IMG/VR virus record: IMGVR_UViG_3300015263_001049
DNA: 20,000 nt
Origin: an uncultured virus (IMG/VR IMGVR_UViG_3300015263_001049)
Taxonomy: Duplodnaviria > Heunggongvirae > Uroviricota > Caudoviricetes
Direction: 5' to 3' (one strand)
The notes under the pieces were generated by a model, which worked only from the letters and a program-made list of their open reading frames with translations, made no database searches and had not been told where the DNA came from. A program made the translations under genes and the position numbers. This document shows, one piece after another, positions 1 through 6,492 of the stretch; position 1 is the first letter of the stretch; each line of letters starts with the position of its first letter.

Positions 1-358
1 TCGGGTAGCGGTCGTCCCCCCTTATCGGGAACGAGTGAGGAACCGGCTTCGCCGAGAACCCCATCTCCACCTGAGAGGACTCGGGCTCTGGCCGTGACGA
101 CCCTGCTCGCAAACCCTCCACCGTCACGACACCACCGGCTCGCTTCGTCACCCGTGTCCCAGCCTTGATGTCGAGCACCGTGATCTCCAAACCGGGGAAG
201 TGCTCCTCCGCCCACGCGAGACCATAGCCCTTCCGGGCTTCTACCTTCGCCTGCGGCGGATACCCCATCTCCGGAAAGGGTGACTTGGCGTCGAGCTGGA
301 GACACACTTGGTCCGGCCCCGTCAGGTTCGTCAGGATCTCGATGCTCTTGATCTTCAC
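1..358 (-). CDS. hypothetical protein, runs off window edge (MKIKSIEILTNLTGPDQVCLQLDAKSPFPEMGY...)
   Basis: Manually translated. GTG at 358 overlaps the TGA of the upstream gene (GTGA) and the frame is open to position 1. Confidence 0.65.
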   Translation of the reverse strand, partial: MKIKSIEILTNLTGPDQVCLQLDAKSPFPEMGYPPQAKVEARKGYGLAWAEEHFPGLEITVLDIKAGTRVTKRAGGVVTVEGLRAGSSRPEPESSQVEMGFSAKPVPHSFPIRGDDRYP

Positions 359-777
359 GTCCAACGATCCTCGTTGTAGAAGTCCTCTGCGTTCGCCTCG
401 AAACGGTCCGAGCCCGTGGACTCTTCGGTCACCCGGACGTCCACGTCGAGAGACTGACCGTTCTTCGTCGTAAACGGCCACGTCAGCCGCCCCACGTCAA
501 ACGTCTGGGCGTCCTTGCTCACGATGACGTGAACCGATGCCCTCCCGTTCCCGTGCGAGTTGTCCCCCCAGTAGCGACGGAGCCGGACGTACGGAGCATA
601 CCCCTCGGCCTCGTACTTCTTGCAAGAGCGAGCCACCTCCGCTGCGTCGTCCAGCATGAAGTCGTGAACCTGCCCCGTTCGGGCCGTCACCACCACGTGC
701 TGACCCATCCCTCGGACCACCACCACGTTGGGAGAGCTTTGGAAGTACGCCTCGAAATTCGGATCTTTCATCTTCAT
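355..777 (-). CDS. hypothetical protein (MKMKDPNFEAYF...)
   Basis: 3' part of ORF 355..906. ATG at 777 overlaps the stop of the preceding gene (ATGA). Confidence 0.75.
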   Translation of the reverse strand: MKMKDPNFEAYFQSSPNVVVVRGMGQHVVVTARTGQVHDFMLDDAAEVARSCKKYEAEGYAPYVRLRRYWGDNSHGNGRASVHVIVSKDAQTFDVGRLTWPFTTKNGQSLDVDVRVTEESTGSDRFEANAEDFYNEDRWT

Positions 778-971
778 CTTGTCACCATCCTGCAACGCCA
801 ACCTTCTTGTTGGAACCTGTCCTTGTAGGAGTTGCCGTCCACGTCGAGAAGCACCGTCCCATCGGCTCCGCGATAGACATGGACCTCGGCAAAAACCCCC
901 TCCCATGTCCCAACGACAGGACTCTCGGGAGGGTGCTTCTGCAACTCCGCTATCAGCTCGGCCACCGTCAT
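774..971 (-). CDS. small phage protein of the MTVAELIAELQKHPP type
   Basis: ATGA coupling at both ends. N-terminus resembles 12495..12722 (MKVKELIARLSQEDPE). Confidence 0.75.
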   Translation of the reverse strand: MTVAELIAELQKHPPESPVVGTWEGVFAEVHVYRGADGTVLLDVDGNSYKDRFQQEGWRCRMVTR

Positions 972-1162
972 AGCGGCTTCTCCAACCGCCAGATGCTCAT
1001 CGAGCTGAGGTCCGTGTTCTCCAACGTCCCCTCCTCCGTCTCCACCTGATACGTCACCCCATGCGGACCTAGAGCCGCTGTCCGTATCACCCCTCGCTTC
1101 TTCCCGTCCTTCCGGACGACCGGACGCCCCAGCAAACCCGTCTCCAGCTTCGTGTCGCTCAT
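968..1162 (-). CDS. small hypothetical protein, possibly SH3-like beta fold
   Basis: ATGA coupling, upstream AGGAAGGG. Confidence 0.7.
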   Translation of the reverse strand: MSDTKLETGLLGRPVVRKDGKKRGVIRTAALGPHGVTYQVETEEGTLENTDLSSMSIWRLEKPL

Positions 1163-1680
1163 CCCTTCCTCCCGCTCTTGCCAGGGGCCTTCTGCGAACC
1201 CCTCCTAAGCCTCCACGCAGCCCGGTGCCTCCGAATCTCCCGCACCATGGCAAGGACTAGCCTCGGGTTGATAGGAAGCCCCTCCTTCGACTCCCGCAGC
1301 TTCGACACCTCGACCTGCTCGACGAGGGCAAGGTCGTACTCCGTCAGGTCCCTACGGTGAGCATCCGAAGGTCCGGTGAGGTACAGCTCCCCTTTCTCCT
1401 CGATGAGCGAAGAACCAGGCTCCCTCACGTTCAGTCTCCGGGCTTCCTCCCGAAGTCCGCGCAAGAGCTGGGCAGGGTCCTTCCCCTCTCGGAGCACTAG
1501 GAGCCCGCCCGAAGGGCTCAAGAGGGTCGCTCGATAGTCCTCACACCCATACAGCCGCGTCACCTCGATGACCCGGCCGTACGGGTCTCGCCATTCCTTG
1601 CGATCCACCCAGCCTAGCTCCGGCGCAGGCTTCCCTCGCCAGGTTTGCTTCCATCGGTGAGGGTTCTCAAAGCTCGGCAT
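1159..1680 (-). CDS. hypothetical protein, first gene of the operon
   Basis: 173-aa ORF with GGTGTA 9 nt upstream of its ATG. Confidence 0.75.
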   Translation of the reverse strand: MPSFENPHRWKQTWRGKPAPELGWVDRKEWRDPYGRVIEVTRLYGCEDYRATLLSPSGGLLVLREGKDPAQLLRGLREEARRLNVREPGSSLIEEKGELYLTGPSDAHRRDLTEYDLALVEQVEVSKLRESKEGLPINPRLVLAMVREIRRHRAAWRLRRGSQKAPGKSGRKG

Positions 1681-1689
1681 CCCTGTCTC

Positions 1690-1695
1690 TACACC
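1690..1695 (-). promoter_or_regulatory. GGTGTA putative phage promoter element, 9 nt before ATG 1680
   Basis: Same hexamer at the same spacing before starts at 6060, 12078, 16698 and 19063. Confidence 0.7.
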
Positions 1696-1724
1696 AGACG
1701 GGTGGGGTCGGCCGCTCCAAAAGA

Positions 1725-2041
1725 CCAGATTCTAAAGGGAGCCAAGCCATTTTCGACCCCCGGACCCCAAAATTTTCCCGGACCAAAATTTTGACCCCCA
1801 CTTGACCCGAACCCCTTTCCAATTTGGCCTTTCTGAGTACCCCCCCACCCCAAGAATCGGTGCCGTCTCTGCTAGGTGACACGACACCTGGCCTTTCCAG
1901 GGCTTTTTTGACTCCGGGCTCCAAAAATTGACCGGGGCAAAATTCACGAAACCCCAGATTCTAAAGGGAATGGCACCAAAACCTGCCCCGTGTCATGCTG
2001 GAGAGACGTGCCGGTGCTCCGAAAGGCCAGATTTTGAAGGA
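1725..2041 (+). repeat. direct repeat CCAGATTCTAAAGGGA (1725-1740, 1954-1969) with a degenerate copy at 2027-2041, in an A-tract-rich intergenic region
   Basis: Exact 16-mer read twice. AAAATTTT at 1769 and 1785, AAAAATT at 1923, AAAATT at 1939. Confidence 0.85.
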
Positions 2042-2241
2042 AAAGACGACGGCGATGTCCGGGGCGAAGCCCCTGGACCGTGCGGCGGTACGTGGATCGT
2101 GCGTTAACTGGATACGCCCCTCCGACAAATTTTCCGGGTGTCAAGGAAATAATCGAGCGGTTCGGCGATCGAGTTGTGTCAAGCAGATTTTTCCGAGGAA
2201 ATATTTGGACCACCCTCCGGAGAGCCCCCGGATGACAGGGT

Positions 2242-3129
2242 GTGGGAGAAATGGTGCCCGTGAAACCAGGGCACCTCGATCGTCTAGGAGTCATGGCTAC
2301 CTCTGACCTCTCAGGAGTGTGCGACGACCTCTCACTCGTGAGCCAGTGGCTCCGAGGGAGGCCCGACTCCACCAAGCGGGCGTACGAGCCCGTGGCCCTC
2401 GCCTTCGTCAAGGCATGCGGGCCACTCAAGGAGGCCACCGTCGAGCGAGTCACCGCCTACGTGGAGGGGCTCCAGGGGGAGCCAGCGACCAGGGCTCGGC
2501 TGGTATCCACCATCAAAAGTCTTCTCTCGTGGGGGTGGCGTACAGGGTACCTGGCTGCAAACGTGGGGCGTAGTATCAGGTGCGTGAAGGTACCCTCAAA
2601 ACTTCATGGCAAACTTCTTTCCGAGGACGAGGTTCTTTCTCTCGTGCGTGCGGCCCCCCAGGGGGGCCGTGACCACGCCCTCTTGGTCCTCCTGTACGTG
2701 AGCGGCCTGCGTATCAGTGAGGCCATGAGCCTCAACTGGGGCGACCTCCGGGGCAACCACGTCAGCGTCACAGGCAAAGGTACCAAGAGCAGGACCGTTC
2801 TCATCCCTGCGTCTGCGGCCGACCTCCTCCGGAGTCTTCAGGAAGGTGTCCAGCAACCCCGCCAGAAGCCGATCTTCGTCTCCGCCACGACCGGGGACCG
2901 GCTGGGCGTCCGGGCTGCCAGGGAGGCTGTCTACAAGGCCGCCCTTCGGGTGGGCGACCGGCTGCCTCCCCACTGGCTCCGCCACGCTCATGCTTCGCAC
3001 GCCCTGGACAACGGGTGCCCGATCCACATCGTCCAGCAAGGGCTGGGTCACGCGAGCGTCAGCACGACGTCGAAGTACCTCCACGTGAAGCCGGGCGTTG
3101 GGCCTAGCCAGTGGCTCCGTCCGGTGTAG
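2242..3129 (+). CDS. tyrosine recombinase (XerC/D- or resolvase-like)
   Basis: Catalytic motifs SGLRISE (R), GKGTK (K), HWLRH (HxxR), LGHASVSTTSKY (H, Y). Has a core-binding N-domain and no arm-binding domain. Start uncertain (2242, 2251 or 2254). Confidence 0.95.
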   Translation: MGEMVPVKPGHLDRLGVMATSDLSGVCDDLSLVSQWLRGRPDSTKRAYEPVALAFVKACGPLKEATVERVTAYVEGLQGEPATRARLVSTIKSLLSWGWRTGYLAANVGRSIRCVKVPSKLHGKLLSEDEVLSLVRAAPQGGRDHALLVLLYVSGLRISEAMSLNWGDLRGNHVSVTGKGTKSRTVLIPASAADLLRSLQEGVQQPRQKPIFVSATTGDRLGVRAAREAVYKAALRVGDRLPPHWLRHAHASHALDNGCPIHIVQQGLGHASVSTTSKYLHVKPGVGPSQWLRPV

Positions 3130-3138
3130 TATCTGGAG

Positions 3139-3198
3139 ACGCCTCGATCGGGCTCGTGGTCAACCCCCCCTGACCCCCCGATCGAGGCGTTGTTTTTT
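3139..3198 (+). terminator. hairpin with 14-bp perfect arms followed by a T-tract
   Basis: ACGCCTCGATCGGG (3139-3152) pairs with CCCGATCGAGGCGT (3177-3190). Inner stem GGTCA/TGACC, then TGTTTTTT. Confidence 0.65.
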
Positions 3199-3422
3199 CC
3201 GGAAGACCGGGCGTCTCGATCGTCTACCCATTGGACGGAGGAAGGCTCCACGGGGGAGCTTAGCCGGACGGAGTAGGGACGCTTCGGGGAGGTGTACCCA
3301 AAATCCGGGCGTCCCCCGGACGGATCTCCCCGAGGCATGCCCCGGCGCCGGGTCAAGCTCGTCGGTCGAGCCTTCCTCCCGGCACCTAGTAGACGATCGA
3401 CCTCGGCCCGTTTTCGAGAAAA
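3195..3422 (+). ncRNA. long rod-like imperfect hairpin (candidate structured RNA or ssDNA element)
   Basis: Nested pairings 3216-3227/3389-3400, 3237-3248/3368-3379, 3256-3261/3355-3360, 3281-3291/3326-3336, 3304-3309/3315-3320. The structure is seen directly; the RNA call is inference. Confidence 0.55.
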
Positions 3423-3517
3423 GTTCGCACCTACATCCGGGCGTCTGAGCCCGTCCCCACTGGGGGGTCTGAGAACGCCCCCTTGACGCATCGCAGCTAG
3501 AAATGCAGGGCGACCGG

Positions 3518-3544
3518 ACCGGGGCTCTTCGGCCCCGGTTTTGT
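3518..3544 (+). terminator. intrinsic terminator-like hairpin
   Basis: ACCGGGGC-TCTTCG-GCCCCGGT followed by TTTGT. Confidence 0.7.
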
Positions 3545-3545
3545 C

Positions 3546-4103
3546 CTACACGGACTTGAGCTTCCGCCTGTATCGGGAGTCCGACCGACTCTCGTACGCC
3601 TCCAGGGCGGCTCGCAGACCGTCCAGGTTGCCCGTGGTGAGGGCGATACGGGCCGCTCGGGCGAACCCTTCCGCCAGCTCCTTGTTGGCCTTCCCAGGGT
3701 GCTTGTGACCGAGCGTCCTGTAGCGGTGTAGGTGCTGCTCGGAATGCGTCGCCAGCTCCAGGTTGTCGAGCCGGTTGTTGGCGGGGTCTCCGTCCTTGTG
3801 GTTCACGGTCATACGCTCGGGGATGTCCCCATGGGCCATCTGCCACACGAAGCGGGCGACCGAGACGGTCCAGTAGTGACCCTGAGCCCGGATCTTGAAG
3901 CACCGATGTCCGCCCTTGGGGCCGTTGTCGATGCGGCTCGGGGGTCGGAGGATAGACCGAAGCGCATCCATCCTCCGAAGGCGGTACACGGAGCCGTCCG
4001 GGTCGAGGCGTAGGTAGCCCTCACGGGCGAGCCGTGCCGCTTCACGCTCCGGGAAGTTCCTCGAATACGGCCCGCCCTTCCACTGCCCCGGTAGGTGCTC
4101 CAT
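3546..4103 (-). CDS. HNH endonuclease (homing-endonuclease-like)
   Basis: Motif VARFVW...GDIPERMTVNHKDGDPANNRLDNLELATHSEQHLH. Start re-assigned to ATG 4103 from the promoter position. Confidence 0.9.
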   Translation of the reverse strand: MEHLPGQWKGGPYSRNFPEREAARLAREGYLRLDPDGSVYRLRRMDALRSILRPPSRIDNGPKGGHRCFKIRAQGHYWTVSVARFVWQMAHGDIPERMTVNHKDGDPANNRLDNLELATHSEQHLHRYRTLGHKHPGKANKELAEGFARAARIALTTGNLDGLRAALEAYESRSDSRYRRKLKSV

Positions 4104-4109
4104 GACCCC

Positions 4110-4138
4110 ATTGTGAGGGGCGTATGCCGGACAGTCAA
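4110..4138 (-). promoter_or_regulatory. sigma70-like promoter TTGACT-N17-CACAAT, 6 nt before the HNH ATG (leaderless)
   Basis: -35 at 4133-4138, -10 at 4110-4115, exact 17-nt spacer, no SD sequence. Confidence 0.55.
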
Positions 4139-4357
4139 GCTCCGGCCTATGGACCTCAAAACGAGACTTCTCGGATCTACCCCCCGTTTCATCGGGGAAA
4201 CAGGGGCGTCCCGAGAGCCGAGCGACTGGCCGCTTCGCGGCCGGCGCAGGGCTGTCGCTCGATTCCCCCTCGCCCGTCAGGGTTCGAGGCAGCTCCCCCA
4301 CGAGCACGGGTCGGGGCCGTGCGTCATTTTCATGCCCGTTTCATCGGGCACGCCGGG

Positions 4358-4389
4358 AAAATACCATGCCCGAAGAGGCATGGTATTTT
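4358..4389. terminator. perfect 13-6-13 palindrome; bidirectional terminator or recombination site
   Basis: AAAATACCATGCC-CGAAGA-GGCATGGTATTTT. Confidence 0.6.
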
Positions 4390-4522
4390 GGAGGCCGGCT
4401 CGTCAAGCGGCGTACCAATTACCGCCTGTCGTTTGCCGCCGAATGTGTCCGTGAACGCGTTTGGTTTTCGGGGCTCCCTCACCTACCGGACCTACATAGG
4501 CGCCTTCGGCGCTCTTGTCTGT

Positions 4523-4558
4523 CGAGTACGTGAACGAGTACGTGAACGAGTACGTGAA
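4523..4558 (+). repeat. three exact tandem copies of CGAGTACGTGAA, followed by a G/A-rich tract
   Basis: Copies at 4523, 4535 and 4547. Confidence 0.95.
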
Positions 4559-4647
4559 CCGAGAAGGGGGTCCGGGGGGAGGGAGCGTCTGGAGAGGGGG
4601 AGGTCGATTCCGATCAGAATGGGCGACCTGTTGGCGTCCTCTCAGGC

Positions 4648-4956
4648 ATGTCTAGGAAGCTGTCTCGAAAGCGGGTCGAGACTCTGTACCCTTGTGAGCG
4701 TTGCGGGGTGTGTGAGCCTTCTGGGAGGCTTGGGCGAGTCCGCCTTGACGGTGTCGTTCGGACGGTCTGTCAGGTGTGTCGGGAGACGATTCGTCGGTTG
4801 GACCGTGGGCCTTCTCTGGAGGGTGTGGCTCTCGACTCTCTCGACTCTTCGCCTGTGGGACCGTCTGGTTCCGCCTATCCACTGACGGGGGTTGGGCGGC
4901 TCGTTGGGGCGGACGTTTTCATGCGTCTTCGGTGTCCACGTCTTCGGGGCGACTGA
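4648..4956 (+). CDS. possible small Zn-ribbon protein
   Basis: CERC...CQVC pairs. No convincing minus-strand gene in this interval and no clear RBS. Confidence 0.4.
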   Translation: MSRKLSRKRVETLYPCERCGVCEPSGRLGRVRLDGVVRTVCQVCRETIRRLDRGPSLEGVALDSLDSSPVGPSGSAYPLTGVGRLVGADVFMRLRCPRLRGD

Positions 4957-4982
4957 GGGGGTCGGGTCCGCCTGGGAGAAGC

Positions 4983-5072
4983 CTACCTCATGACACGTTG
5001 GGTCGTCCTTTGGGTCTTCAAGTAGTCGTCATAAAAGAGGAAACCTGACGAGTGAGGGATAGGCTGGATCAT
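4983..5072 (-). CDS. possible 29-aa peptide (MIQPIPHSSGFLFYDDYLKTQRTTQRVMR)
   Basis: ATGA overlap with the stop of the upstream gene is the only support. Confidence 0.3.
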   Translation of the reverse strand: MIQPIPHSSGFLFYDDYLKTQRTTQRVMR

Positions 5073-5278
5073 GGGGCACGGAGGCGGGTTTGGGCTTTGG
5101 CTCGGGCGCCCCCTTCGGTGGTTTCGGTGCCCCACCAACCGTCACGGTCGATGTCCAGGTGGGAGGGGCCGAAGAGGACTTCCCAGCGCCAGCAGTCGGG
5201 GGCGACTTGGGTGACGGTCGCCAAGTGGTCTTCGTAACGGGCGAAGCTGTATCCTGGCTCGGGTGTGGTCCAGTTCAT
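5069..5278 (-). CDS. small Trp-rich hypothetical protein (MNWTTPEPG...)
   Basis: ATGA overlap with the stop of the Eco29kI-like gene. Confidence 0.7.
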   Translation of the reverse strand: MNWTTPEPGYSFARYEDHLATVTQVAPDCWRWEVLFGPSHLDIDRDGWWGTETTEGGARAKAQTRLRAP

Positions 5279-6060
5279 GTGTCTACGGGGTTGAGGGCGG
5301 CCATGGTTTGTTGCCAAGCACGGAGGCAGTTTGGGATGAGGCGTTCGACTTCGGCTCTTGCGGCATTGAGGTCCCTTGGGTTCCGACCTGCGCCTGTACG
5401 TCCTGGGTGGAGGGTGTCCCAGAGGGAGGCTCTCTCGTTTCCGTTCCTTCGGTTGTCGAGGTTGTGGTGACGGGAGCCGAAGCCGAAGTGACCTACGTTC
5501 CAGAGGGGGTTGAAGAGGTCGTGGAGAGCCCTCTCGATGTCGAGGAGCGTGTGTGGGAGGATGAGGAATCTGGCGGTGAAGTTCTCTGGGCCTAAGCCAG
5601 TTTGGGTGAGGGATCTTCCGCCGTGTTGGTAGTAGATTCTGTCGTGGAGGGCGTCGGCTCGACCATCGGCTTTACCGATGTAGATGGGGCAAGTGGACCC
5701 TGGTGAGCGGAGGGGCTGATAGAGGTCGAAGTCGCCGTGGTAGAAGAGGGCGTAGACGCCGATTCCTTGGAAGGGGCGTACGGGTGGTTCGTGGAGTGGG
5801 AAGGGTCCGACGTTGAGGAGCCTTCGGGCGTGAGCGAGGATGAGCTTCGTACGGACGACGTCGCCCATGGGGTCGTAGGGGGTAAGGTCGCTCTCTTGGA
5901 AGGCCCTTGTTGGGGCTGGGCATTCGAGCTTTTCGACGACGACCGGGGCGGGTGGGAGGCAATCGAGGGGTGAGTCGTCGCCTTCGGGGGTGATGGGCTT
6001 TGGCTTCGGTTTGGGGAGGAAGTCGAGGGGGTCGTCGTCACCCTCCGGTGGTCTGAGCAT
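5275..6060 (-). CDS. Eco29kI-family GIY-YIG restriction-endonuclease-like protein
   Basis: GVYALFYHG...IYIGKA, IERAL...PLWN..GFG and WDTLHPGR are motifs characteristic of this family. Confidence 0.9.
   Translation of the reverse strand: MLRPPEGDDDPLDFLPKPKPKPITPEGDDSPLDCLPPAPVVVEKLECPAPTRAFQESDLTPYDPMGDVVRTKLILAHARRLLNVGPFPLHEPPVRPFQGIGVYALFYHGDFDLYQPLRSPGSTCPIYIGKADGRADALHDRIYYQHGGRSLTQTGLGPENFTARFLILPHTLLDIERALHDLFNPLWNVGHFGFGSRHHNLDNRRNGNERASLWDTLHPGRTGAGRNPRDLNAARAEVERLIPNCLRAWQQTMAALNPVDT
5953..6054 (-). repeat. internal duplication in the nuclease N-terminus (PEGDDDPLDFLP / PEGDDSPLDCLP)
   Basis: 60-nt period, visible in both DNA and protein. Confidence 0.8.
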
Positions 6061-6069
6061 CCGTGTGGG

Positions 6070-6075
6070 TACACC
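6070..6075 (-). promoter_or_regulatory. GGTGTA element, 9 nt before ATG 6060
   Basis: Recurrent motif at conserved spacing. Confidence 0.7.
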
Positions 6076-6076
6076 G

Positions 6077-6301
6077 TCATGGGATTCGGGCGTTACGGAG
6101 GGTCAGCTCGTGTTCGGCCATGGTTCTCTCTTCGGGTGTGAGGGGGCCGTTTGGTCCGTCGAAGGTTCCGTTGAGGAGGCCGCGAAGGTATTCGGTGGAG
6201 CACTCGTCGGGGGCGAAGACGAAGCGGATGGGGACGGCGAGGACGCCATGGGGCGGGACGTCTTCGTCTTGGGAGGCGTTGGTGAACGGCTTTTTCTTCA
6301 T
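6077..6301 (-). CDS. hypothetical protein
   Basis: ATGA coupling at 6298-6301. Confidence 0.65.
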   Translation of the reverse strand: MKKKPFTNASQDEDVPPHGVLAVPIRFVFAPDECSTEYLRGLLNGTFDGPNGPLTPEERTMAEHELTLRNARIP

Positions 6302-6492
6302 CGACGGCGTTGAGCTTTGCGGGCCTTCCGAGCGGCCTTGGCCTTGGAGCGATCGACGGGCTTACGGGGCTTCCCGTGGGCCTCTTGGTTGGGGAGCTTG
6401 GAGAGGCCGTCGAGGATGATTCGGTCTTCGTTTTCCATGTACTCTTGGTAGAAGCGGGCGCCTGTTGGGTAGGTGACGGGTTGGATTCTCAC
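6298..6492 (-). CDS. small protein with a basic C-terminus (KAKAARKARKAQRRR)
   Basis: Start re-assigned to GTG 6492, which overlaps the upstream TGA. Confidence 0.65.
   Translation of the reverse strand: MRIQPVTYPTGARFYQEYMENEDRIILDGLSKLPNQEAHGKPRKPVDRSKAKAARKARKAQRRR

Noticed and set aside
2139..2182. Two minus-strand TTGACA hexamers as sigma70 promoters
   Set aside because: No acceptable -10 element at 16-18 nt from either.
1667..2453. ORFs 1667..1924, 1732..1947, 1944..2453 and 1995..2306
   Set aside because: They overlap each other or the recombinase, have atypical codons and lie in repeat/A-tract DNA. One small gene cannot be fully excluded.
2166..3400. Cluster of CGATCG around the recombinase as a binding motif
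   Set aside because: Four of the six copies belong to the hairpin arms already described, and the hexamer also occurs at several unrelated places in the window.
2242..3422. Integron (IntI plus an attC site)
   Set aside because: The recombinase lacks the IntI-specific insertion, the hairpin has no RYYYAAC/GTTRRRY ends, and it is not repeated between genes.
2242..3422. Protelomerase with a telomere-resolution palindrome
   Set aside because: The protein is a 295-aa Xer-type enzyme with HxxR, and the palindrome centre is imperfect, unlike telRL.
3048..3903. ORFs 3048..3491, 3098..3448, 3160..3903 and 3292..3486
   Set aside because: R/P/G-rich shadow frames, expected in GC-rich palindromic DNA.
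4523..4558. CRISPR array
   Set aside because: 12-bp units are directly adjacent with no spacers, and there are no cas genes.
4124..4885. 253-aa + strand ORF containing RVRE repeats
   Set aside because: It crosses a terminator-like palindrome and a tandem repeat, has low-complexity R/G/S composition and no recognisable domain.
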